DNA of 64,000 bases, from the NCBI GenBank assembly GCA_022703645.1, contig JAKLDG010000001.1, positions 338,814 through 402,813 of the forward strand, written 5' to 3'. The notes under the pieces are model-generated. The model was not told where the DNA came from and did no database searches. It saw only the letters and a list, made by a program, of their open reading frames with translations. Positions 55,501 through 61,362 of this stretch are shown here, one piece after another; the stretch's first letter is position 1, and each line of letters opens with the position of its first letter. This DNA comes from Patescibacteria group bacterium. GTDB lineage: Bacteria > Patescibacteriota > JACPGU01. The position numbers and the translations under genes were made by a program.

Positions 55501-57534
55501 ACTGATGGCAATCTGGTAGACGGTACGGTATATAATTATCTTGATTCAGTAGATGGGGGAACGATTATTTATAAATCAAACATTGATCCTAATGGTATGT
55601 CTGATATCTCAACTACAATAACTGGCCATACTTACTGCTACAAGATGTTCGTAGAGTATAATGGAGAAACTACTAATACTATCTATTCTAATGAAATGTA
55701 CTTTCAAATCACTCCTCCAAATAATCCTCCGACTCTTTCCGCTCTTTCTGTTGTTCAAACAATAGGTAGTGACGATGTTGTAATCGGATTTACTATTAAT
55801 GATCCGGATGGAATTGACGCTGGCAATCTCTCAGTCGCTTTATCAATTGTTAACCCTCCAGAAGGATGCAGTATCGGTACAATATCTGGTTCTTTGACTG
55901 GTTTATCAAATGGTAGTTATTCGGTTACTTGGACTGATGCCGATACTACTTGCCCTGGGCTTGAATTATCTAATGCTGGTTTAGAGTTTATTGCTCACGA
56001 CCTGATAGATTATTCATCTGCGCAGATAAGCAGTTTTTTACTCGACACTAAAGCGCCTACACTAATAGAGGGGCTAACATATGACCCACCAACCGCAGAT
56101 ACTATTGTAGTACGCCTAAGCACCAATACATTCTTCTTAAATCCTTTGAGTGTTGATCAAAATCTAAAAGGAGGAGGAAATAGCTTTAAGATTTACTACA
56201 AACAAGACAGTACCGTTTCAGAATCCGATACACAATTAGCTGCCTTTGATAATTATATCTTAGGGCAAGACTATACGGCCACACCATTAGGATCTAATTC
56301 ACAATATTCATTTAATATCTGGGCTTATGATAACTATGGACATAAGACAGCATATACTGATCCAGTCAAGCCAACTACCAGCGGTCTCAACGGACCACCA
56401 GTAGTACAATATGTTGCTCAACCAGTCCAAGCTGCTGGTACTGGTAATATCAATTTCAGTTTTGAAGTAAAAGATCCAGACTCGGATGGTTTAACTATCA
56501 CATTCTCACTAATTAATAATCCAGTCGGTTGCAGTATCTCTGGCGTTACTGGGTTTACCAATCCTGTATCCTCCACCAGTACTTTTGCAACAATTATCTC
56601 CAGCTGGAATGCGAAATTAACTTGTGATGGAGCGGATCAGTCTGACCTCAAGATCAGAATTAGCGCGGATGATGGAAACGGACATACAGCAACTATTGAT
56701 TCAGATCCATTTACTATCGATACGAAAAATCCTGTCTCTCCAGGAAACCTATCATTCCCAGCAGGAACTACTTTTGCGAATCAGGTTAGTGTAAAGACAA
56801 ATACTATTTCCGGTAGCGATACTAATGCCGATGATTGGCATGTATATAGGGTTGATGGAAATACTTTCCCAACGGATCCATTCTCTCCTGCTCTAACTCC
56901 AATTAAATTATATGATCCTTATATACCAGATGACGTATTTATTGATTCGGGGTTAACGCCAGATTCTGATTATACTTATAATATCTGCCTGCATGATACT
57001 TTTATGAACTTTACCTGCGCAACATCGCAAACTATTCATACACCAGCTTCAATATTAAGCTTTAATATTCTTGGTATTGCCAGTGGAATATCGGTTGGAG
57101 TTGAAACAACTAATATCACTACTACTTCTACAACAATTCCTTTTGGCAGTACTACAGTAGGGGATACAAAGGTTGGAGCGCTTGATCTACAAGGCACAAC
57201 AAATCTGGTTAATGGATATACTATTGATATCAGACAAGACCAAGATTTAACATCAGGAGGCAACACTATTCCTGCCCTTACCTCTACTAACGCTAGTCCG
57301 CAAGTATGGCCACCAACTCCAATTAGTTCTTTCTTTGGATATTCATCAATCAATCTTTCCAGATTTTCAAATGGCGTTAATTGGGCAGGATTAACTTTGT
57401 CTGACCTACCGATAGTAACACAGATAAACGGGACTCATGATGATGATGTTTTATTCAAATTATCCACCAAGAGTCCTCAACCAGCAGGAACTTATCAAAA
57501 CACCATTACTTTCTCAATAATGGCGAATCCGTAG
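46501..57534 (+). CDS. giant surface/adhesin-like protein (3677 aa): signal-anchor, Gly-rich beta-helix-like repeats, two LamG (Laminin_G_3) domains, tandem Ig/FN3-like modules
   Basis: Single uninterrupted ORF. N-terminal TM; duplicated ~400-aa Gly-rich module; LamG motifs (LLLHLDGTNGSTTYTDSS ... DFTIDFWANF; AFTIDTWIYP); four ~120-aa modules plus three FN3-like modules ending ...NIWAYD.YGHKT. Confidence 0.7.
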   Translation: MIVVKKKKIPLRPFLILLVLIAGFTLSLGLKPNEKIKAAYSNPCKTAGTYAGYVVDANLNVIIPAYNNAVFGDTFYDSTSKEIHCKSITIETGATLDISPKTTGASKTGGTNYRRLVLDGDLNIASGGTLNLYGGNIYNTGGLNGTGITNDGKGYGMNVMVGGNVLVESGGWISADGKGYEHSKGPGAGVAEPGSQGAAYGGAGPDGTNCYGKYYGSVSDPIELGSGSSLGVGGGVVDITAAGTILIRGVGKITANSIGEGSGGSVRLSANTISSTIDGVNIPSITANGGSGSYYSGGGRIALFYNSSNFGGDIKAIANAYGGAGTVFKKKNIEAYGDLIITNNYQDHTDNPPDYTPYAYTKIGKTKIDSGTYKNITVNKRANAIIESSNIVNINGGTFEVNNSKLENKGTLASQTSAEKFLAKNTARILNSGTGLFSLSANSNAIFDGIDTYFENQNNIIQNFANLTISNGAVMSHAVNDATGVTNCLRNSIDNPVGGAIPPCEYKDWGDGYGKHWNQKYTLRINATSVNIDNKSSIDVSQKGFQTLPGTSGFGPGGSSTAYSIGGYAGGSYGGRGGNDNTGGVSADIYGDSDGDLNNPNDLGSSGDTGYTAGGLVRITVLGDIVNNGSILSNSGTVSNGFAGGSGGGIRLDADRILGAGKISANGMPGTIDLAKGGGGGGRIAITYKTTKDFYGPITAYGGSTDGGPGTILFANNSSGALIDKELVISNSVLNDNPTKIGGGTYKNITVKNTSPTLTDLTLAAIVSGQSVVMQDGGNFEVNQTNLTNSGTISLLAGTSNLVIKGKSNFINIGPTASPGINANSTSKVILDNANFENKNNIEQNFGNLYIQNGAILTHTQNDYLTVNCVNTSCTNQDLGDGNGMHYNQAYTLRIHANNALIDKFSAINVDGKGYDMGRGPGNNGSANSAGSYGGAASSGDSTYGLADNPNDLGSGGYSGSYGDNTGGGLVRVRADGNITVDGFISSDTTSAGSFDGASGGGIKLIANSILGSGSISASSNLTSGNIGGGGRISLIATQKNYSGTVSVNRGGTGANYGTIYDSLAIPTTYGPSATPLTYNTKLSNNTPYIKADSSATTIGVDEGNAVSTGYTPDSDTSLLLKMDNWGDGLIYDSSAKSIPVIKYGTTSFSDTVLKTGTHSLLFNGSTGRLIPDGTFTSNFQYGTGAFTIDTWIYPKSVTTLQTIYSQKNSATPTTNASSLQITTTGQLKYTENGVSIISPVSTIKLGSDVGWQHVALVRDNLGVERLFYNGSVVGTQSSTYSKFSDVGIGCLYQSTNTLFYNGYMDEFRISKGVARWTSDFIPLSDDGNWEKLNLRATRTNPSSDTKLLLHLDGTNGSTTYTDSSPSNHTILRYNTPTISTNTSKFGGASGAFPRVTSPYFDYIYANDNVNDWTFGAGDFTIDFWANFSDNVRQGVLAIGSGAYAPIAFEVVSNNLNVYMTSNGSSWDIASGQPVGQTFGPVTPGVWVHYALTRNGNTFYLFVNGTTVNSFMSSLSLWNNSGALYIGQYFGSVTAFKGYLDEFRIIKGRAAWSNNFTPSTTPYEIYDDPSFNGTVDIGIIDNLAGEYVFSGCNGANCTFSDSKVTARFINGIANLAVKVKDKRDGQIKHHGFSGLKINSVSNVSYINNNQITGAIEIQDRTPERSIPSGPAPAGSITKGTAGATIFPMGAGFSIINNSKGTSQSQQDLGGNLVVRGPLASAPYRLYLDKNIMYKRGDYLNSDGTISSVATDYQVVCVNTADYTQTKIRCNDDLSTSAIPSGLRNYGIYTFNKTYNFYTQNETSNYSAPSISQVLIPASNPTVPVISPLTITPTNGKLNLSWNNPIDNIGQTKTLIVRGIDSIPTFVPSDGTDYNTWSNTTVTGEEMIYDSTNVGAGSEVKNFDDANVFFGTRYCYTIYAQYIGYIYSVGTSACSTLTSIIDPPVNPTITIQGMMINIGWTAPPSGNPDNYLIVRKKGTTEPNWNPTGETADYNIGDTVGDGVVVCKGFSCTDQNVNVNTLPTQYYYKIYAQYGTAAPFSYSVGSTAVSGNPNPENPQKFDNTNEATPSVTLDNLSGPYTPLNTFKIANYLVWKATTPADCSGAWTPTNGADYSGVQGTGNIIYKNPAAPISYIDTAVTNGVGYCYKIFVQYNGETINTTDLMYSSGLSLWTQPPNHNPTISVNSITQTIGTDNVVINFNVNDIDPSDNGKLSVGFAVTNPVSGCSISTLTGPITNLGVGAHSVTWTATTTNGTAGDCPGVEMLAGSAQLTATVSDFIGATGTASPTFSLDTKAPIASSSLILSSKNSNSITVATGATGATDGNIKTTAAYKVYYKQGSTVDEVSGTQILPNINSYVAGQIFTASSLITNQQYSFNIWAYDNYGHKTAATVLNVSTKGKSVTGFTAIVQGMRVHLSWDAMLPAPDKHLVIRKKGTSASTWTPTDGIGIYAAGNTVDADTIVVYHGTGVTLDDDAVDGAAYTYTIFANYSGNLYSEGVSAPSITPNALNASLSAPAYIPNGSNYDIALNWVAPTPSYSLQKYVVVREVGSPTCLIEWTPTKDNNYNALDPTGFTNEEIIYSGTGTTTTDNMGGTGVSSGTNVCYKIFTQYLGDDLAVPTNLVYSAGIAATYVPPNLPPEIEIGSVTALQTTGTENIVIAYRVRDSDSTNLNITFSMIDPGGSTCQMNLTDNLAGIDGTYYTHTATWNAGLAGECPGFEVTNAVIQVTASDSLNSVSQNSAPFLLDTLSPRLPTPTVSNFNLTNFSSTGDKIFFNLGSNSTTDTNALNYKIYYASGGSVDETGILITGAPIAFTPGAAYSVTGLTPGQNYTFNIWAYDKYGHKTSATSVTYSTIVPAPASFSVTPHGMRLSLTWTAPVGGTPDYYLIVRKANSDPIIAPANGSTYNLGDILSGGMVVYNSTGTSLDDDNIDDGPYYYRIYAHYSNGNFSPALAGNAIAVAEGPNTFSATSSPAPVVTYIDTPPTNNFSFENYLIWKKEQPSCTTDGNLVDGTVYNYLDSVDGGTIIYKSNIDPNGMSDISTTITGHTYCYKMFVEYNGETTNTIYSNEMYFQITPPNNPPTLSALSVVQTIGSDDVVIGFTINDPDGIDAGNLSVALSIVNPPEGCSIGTISGSLTGLSNGSYSVTWTDADTTCPGLELSNAGLEFIAHDLIDYSSAQISSFLLDTKAPTLIEGLTYDPPTADTIVVRLSTNTFFLNPLSVDQNLKGGGNSFKIYYKQDSTVSESDTQLAAFDNYILGQDYTATPLGSNSQYSFNIWAYDNYGHKTAYTDPVKPTTSGLNGPPVVQYVAQPVQAAGTGNINFSFEVKDPDSDGLTITFSLINNPVGCSISGVTGFTNPVSSTSTFATIISSWNAKLTCDGADQSDLKIRISADDGNGHTATIDSDPFTIDTKNPVSPGNLSFPAGTTFANQVSVKTNTISGSDTNADDWHVYRVDGNTFPTDPFSPALTPIKLYDPYIPDDVFIDSGLTPDSDYTYNICLHDTFMNFTCATSQTIHTPASILSFNILGIASGISVGVETTNITTTSTTIPFGSTTVGDTKVGALDLQGTTNLVNGYTIDIRQDQDLTSGGNTIPALTSTNASPQVWPPTPISSFFGYSSINLSRFSNGVNWAGLTLSDLPIVTQINGTHDDDVLFKLSTKSPQPAGTYQNTITFSIMANP

Positions 57535-57575
57535 AAACAATTAATCAAGAAAACAAAAAAAACAACAAATCAAAT

Positions 57576-58289
57576 ATGCTAAAAAAAATATCTACAACCC
57601 TTCTCATTACTGCTTCCATATTAATATTCTCCAACCAAGCCTTGGCGCAAGAAACTACTAACACTATCAGCTCTTCTGTTTCTCCAGCGTTAATTAGTCT
57701 CAAATTAGATAAAGGAGAAACTAAAAGCTCTTCTTATGAGTATGTCAATGGTACTGATGATAATCTTATAATTACTATTAGCACTAGAGCCTTTGCTCCT
57801 AGTAATGGGGAACATGGAACCCCGCTATTTATAGACAAAGATGGAAAAAAGGTTACTTCACCCTTAACCAGTTGGATTAAATTAAATGAGAGTAGTATGA
57901 GTGTTAAGAAAGGGGAGAAAGCAACTGTAAACTTTCAGATTAATGTTCCTTCTGATGCAAAAGAAGGCAAATACTTTGCAGCTATATTTAATACAGAAAC
58001 TGATGGGGGGTCAGATAGCGGTTCATTAGTAAAGAAAGAGTTGGGAGTTACTCTGGTTGTTGAAGTTCTCGCCCCCAAACCAATACCAGGCACTACTACA
58101 ACCACATGGCAGAAAGACAATCTTCTTTCCTATATTATTTTTGGTGCTGCGTTATTGGCATTACTATTATTAATTGCTGCGATATTTAAGAGGAAAAAGA
58201 AAACTCCAAAATTCTTCCCGGAAGAGGAAAGGAAAGAGTTAGTAAAGAAAGTAAAACGAAAAGTAAAAATCACCAAAAATAAAAAATAG
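57576..58289 (+). CDS. secreted protein with a C-terminal TM anchor and basic tail
   Basis: Signal peptide, beta-rich body, C-terminal hydrophobic helix plus KRKKKTPKFF. Confidence 0.5.
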   Translation: MLKKISTTLLITASILIFSNQALAQETTNTISSSVSPALISLKLDKGETKSSSYEYVNGTDDNLIITISTRAFAPSNGEHGTPLFIDKDGKKVTSPLTSWIKLNESSMSVKKGEKATVNFQINVPSDAKEGKYFAAIFNTETDGGSDSGSLVKKELGVTLVVEVLAPKPIPGTTTTTWQKDNLLSYIIFGAALLALLLLIAAIFKRKKKTPKFFPEEERKELVKKVKRKVKITKNKK

Positions 58290-58321
58290 CTCTAATTCGC
58301 TCTAAATGATATAATATAGCA

Positions 58322-59179
58322 ATGAGCAATCAAGACGATGTCCGCATAAATATTTTAGGAATTCCTATCGATCGGGTAGGTTATATTGATGTTTTAGATA
58401 AGATTGAATACTATATAAAAAAAGGCGGGTATCACTATATCGCAACGGTTAATCCAGAGTTTATTATGCACGCGGCGCAAGATAGCGAGTTTAAAAAAGC
58501 ACTACAAAATTCGAACTTAAATACAGCTGATGGCGTCGGAATCGTATGGGCAAGTAAATATCTTGCGAAAACTCAAAAATCAAATCTCAAATCTCAAAAT
58601 TTAAGCATCACTTCGCGATTTATTTATAAAATCAAAAAGATATTCTGGTTGAAAATTTCTTTGTTCTCAATTTTATTTAACCGTCGTTGGCTCTATTCTG
58701 AAATTCCGGAGCGTGTTACCGGAGCAGACCTGATCTGGAAAATAGCAAAAAAAGCGCAAGATGAAGGCTGGAAAATTTTCCTACTTGGAGCAGGGGAGGG
58801 AGTCGCGGGAAACGTTGCGGGAAAATTGAAATCAAAATTCCCGAAAATTAATATTGTCGGTACTTATTCAGGCCGCCCGGAAGAAGAGGGGATTGCTGAT
58901 AGAGTTGCCGGATATGAACCGGATATTTTGTTTGTTGCTTTTGGCTCTCCTCGACAGGAAAAATTCATTTATAACAATTTGGATAAGCTCAATGCAAAAG
59001 TTGTTATTGGAGTCGGTGGAACATTTGATTTTATTGCTGGGCTAGCAAGAAGAGCGCCAAGATTTATGAGGAGATTCGGAATTGAATGGTTATGGAGACT
59101 TGTCTGCCAACCATTTCGAATCGGCAGAATTATCAACGCTTTTCCAAAATTTGTCTGGAAAGTTTGGAGGGGTAAATAA
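58322..59179 (+). CDS. WecB/TagA/CpsF-family glycosyltransferase with an AT-rich in-frame insertion
   Basis: ILGIPID, ATVNPEF, ADGVGIVWASKY, ILFVAFGSPRQEKF, GVGGTFDF, GIEWLWRL. An insert of about 45 aa (KTQKSNLKSQNLSITSRFIYKIKKIFWL...) lies between conserved blocks. Confidence 0.85.
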   Translation: MSNQDDVRINILGIPIDRVGYIDVLDKIEYYIKKGGYHYIATVNPEFIMHAAQDSEFKKALQNSNLNTADGVGIVWASKYLAKTQKSNLKSQNLSITSRFIYKIKKIFWLKISLFSILFNRRWLYSEIPERVTGADLIWKIAKKAQDEGWKIFLLGAGEGVAGNVAGKLKSKFPKINIVGTYSGRPEEEGIADRVAGYEPDILFVAFGSPRQEKFIYNNLDKLNAKVVIGVGGTFDFIAGLARRAPRFMRRFGIEWLWRLVCQPFRIGRIINAFPKFVWKVWRGK

Positions 59180-59310
59180 TTTGACAAGTAAATTTGGATG
59201 TTGTAAAATAGAAATATAATAGAGTAGAAATACTCTGTTTTTTTGTTTTTAAAATTAATACGAAGAAAAAATCTATACCAATAATTAATATACTATAATA
59301 GGATTTTTTC

Positions 59311-59396
59311 TTAAGAGGAGGAATTTTACGAAAGCTGGAGCAAACAAAATTTTTTAAATTTTGGATGCGAAAGTGAGAGTAAAATTGTGACGAATG
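59311..59396 (+). promoter_or_regulatory. conserved leader motif (GATTTTTTCTTAAGAGGAGGAATTTTACGAAAGCT ... AAAGTGAGAGTAAAATTGTGACGA-ATG) in front of nusA
   Basis: TATAAT at 59294-59299 places a likely transcription start at the conserved GATTTTTTC. Internal AT hairpin caaaattt/aaattttg. Matches 40666-40747 and 101-184. Confidence 0.5.
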
Positions 59397-60602
59397 AACG
59401 AAGAATTTATTTCCGCTCTCGAACAAATCGCTGAAGAGAAAAAAATTAGCAAAGAATCTATTCTGGAGGCTACTGAATCAGCCCTAGCGGCAGCATACCG
59501 TAAAGATTATGCAAAGCCGTCCCAGACAATCAGATGTAAAATCGACCCCGTAAAAGGTACTACAGAATTCTGGTTGGAGAAGAAGATTGTCGAAGAAGTT
59601 GCCGACGAAAACGCAGAAATATTGCTTGCTGACGCGCTAAAAGAAGACAAAGATGCGGTTATCGATGGTGTTATCAAATACCCGCTGCCAACCAAAGAAG
59701 ATTTTGGCAGAATAGCAGCGCAGACTGCAAAGCAGGTTATTATCCAGAAGCTTAAGGAGGTTGAGCGCGAAGTTGTATTTGATGAATACAAAACACTTGA
59801 AGGCAAACTTTTAAATGGAGTTGTCCAACAGATTGAAGGCGGAAATATTATTGTTGATTTGGGAAGAGCAAATGGCGTTATGTTTCCATCAGAACAAATC
59901 ACCGGTGAAAATTACCGGGTGGGACAAAGAATAAAAGTACTACTTCTACGAGTTGAACAAACAAACAAGGGTCCGCAAATTATGGTTAGCCGCGCGGCTG
60001 ATGATGTTATTAAATATTTATTTATGATTGAAGTTCCAGAAATTGAAGCTGGGTCAGTCGCTATAATGGGAATCGCAAGAGAAGCGGGGGTAAGAACAAA
60101 AATGTCAGTGCGAGCGCTTCAGGAAGGTGTTGACCCAGTTGGATCTTGCGTTGGACAACGTGGCACACGCGTACAAGCAGTTCTTGGTGAAATTGGCAAC
60201 GAAAAAATAGACATTGTGCTCTGGAATGAAGAACCGGAAACATATATTGCAAATGCATTATCTCCGGCCAAAATAGATAGTGTTAAATTAAATAAGAGAG
60301 CAAAAGAAGCTTTAGTTATTGTAAACCCAGACCAATTATCTTTAGCAATCGGTAAAAACGGACAAAACGTTCGCCTTGCCGCTAGATTAACTGATTGGAA
60401 AATAGATGTTATTGAAGTTGGTTCTGAGGCGGCAAAAAGTTTTAAAGAAGATAAAGATGAAGAACAAGAAAAGAAGAAAGTAAAAAAAGAAGAAAGTAAA
60501 AAGAAAAAGAAAAATATAAAGGAGGGAAAAGAGAAAGAACCGGAGAAAAATAAGAAAGAGAAAAAGTCTGCAACAAAGAAAAAAGAAACTGAGAAAAAAT
60601 AA
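59394..60602 (+). CDS. nusA: transcription termination/antitermination factor NusA
   Basis: N-terminal domain, S1 and tandem KH domains (GSCVGQRGTRVQAV ... ALSPA); Lys/Glu-rich C-terminal tail. Confidence 0.9.
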   Translation: MNEEFISALEQIAEEKKISKESILEATESALAAAYRKDYAKPSQTIRCKIDPVKGTTEFWLEKKIVEEVADENAEILLADALKEDKDAVIDGVIKYPLPTKEDFGRIAAQTAKQVIIQKLKEVEREVVFDEYKTLEGKLLNGVVQQIEGGNIIVDLGRANGVMFPSEQITGENYRVGQRIKVLLLRVEQTNKGPQIMVSRAADDVIKYLFMIEVPEIEAGSVAIMGIAREAGVRTKMSVRALQEGVDPVGSCVGQRGTRVQAVLGEIGNEKIDIVLWNEEPETYIANALSPAKIDSVKLNKRAKEALVIVNPDQLSLAIGKNGQNVRLAARLTDWKIDVIEVGSEAAKSFKEDKDEEQEKKKVKKEESKKKKKNIKEGKEKEPEKNKKEKKSATKKKETEKK

Positions 60603-60629
60603 AACACTATAAAAGGAGGTTACCTTTTA

Positions 60630-60851
60630 ATGGCGTATTTTAACATCGCGCTATTTTTGAAAGCATTTGTACCTGCGTGTGTGATTGCCAGTGCTTATGA
60701 TTTTTTATTTATATGGATATATAGAAAAAAGGAAAAAGATGTAAAATATCTGAGGTCATACATCTATGTAATCCTAATCTTCGCAGCGGTTTTTCTTGTT
60801 AGTTATTGGGTTAATTCCGACATAACGGTTTTTACGGATAGTTTAAAATAA
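60630..60851 (+). CDS. small hypothetical membrane protein
   Basis: AAGGAGG RBS; two TM helices. Confidence 0.4.
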   Translation: MAYFNIALFLKAFVPACVIASAYDFLFIWIYRKKEKDVKYLRSYIYVILIFAAVFLVSYWVNSDITVFTDSLK

Positions 60852-60872
60852 ACCGAAAAATTAGAATAGGAG

Positions 60873-61091
60873 GTGGTTGCTATCGATATCAATCTATATC
60901 TTATATTTATTTTTATTGCCGCCTTTCCCGCCTCATATATCGGATTATTAATTAAGAATTATATAGATTATAAAGAAAAAAGAGGGTGGCAGTGGAAGGC
61001 AGCACACCTTCTAATTGATCTTACTGTCTGGGCGCTATTTTTCTTGATTATTCAATTTATTGCAATCCATATTTTTAAATTAAAAGTCTGA
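60873..61091 (+). CDS. small hypothetical membrane protein
   Basis: Two TM helices; no internal Met, so a non-ATG start; terminator at 61110-61140. Confidence 0.35.
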   Translation: MVAIDINLYLIFIFIAAFPASYIGLLIKNYIDYKEKRGWQWKAAHLLIDLTVWALFFLIIQFIAIHIFKLKV

Positions 61092-61151
61092 GATTCAAAG
61101 ATATAATTTCCTTAGCCGCTTTAAAGCGGCTTTTTATTTTTCAATGAAATA

Positions 61152-61180
61152 TTGACAAATATTTTGCGTATTTATATAAT
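61152..61180 (+). promoter_or_regulatory. sigma70-like promoter (TTGACA - 17 nt - TATAAT) for clpC
   Basis: TTGACA 61152-61157, spacer 17 nt, TATAAT 61175-61180; immediately followed by CIRCE. Confidence 0.6.
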
Positions 61181-61184
61181 AGAG

Positions 61185-61211
61185 TTAGCACTCAACAGGA
61201 CAGAGTGCTAA
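61185..61211 (+). promoter_or_regulatory. CIRCE element (HrcA operator) TTAGCACTC-N9-GAGTGCTAA
   Basis: Perfect match to the CIRCE consensus inverted repeat with a 9-nt spacer, 4 nt downstream of the -10 box. Confidence 0.75.
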
Positions 61212-61221
61212 AGCACTCTAA

Positions 61222-61286
61222 ATAACCAATACCCAATTGAATATTGAAAAATTGGATATTGATTGGATATTGGTCATTGGATATTA
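61222..61286. repeat. CCAATA/TATTGG palindromic repeat array in the clpC 5' UTR
   Basis: ataaccaatacccaattgaatattgaaaaattggatattgattggatattggtcattggatatt; shares GGATATTGGTCATTGGA with 10.18 kb and 15.8 kb. Confidence 0.6.
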
Positions 61287-61362
61287 AACATTTTTATTCA
61301 AACAAAGTATTACTTAAATAAAATTTATATAGTAAGATTATAACTACAGGAGGATTAATTAT

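Noticed and set aside
60119-60607. 162-aa ORF on the minus strand
   Set aside because: Antisense to the nusA C-terminal K/E-rich tail; poly-Phe/Ser low complexity.
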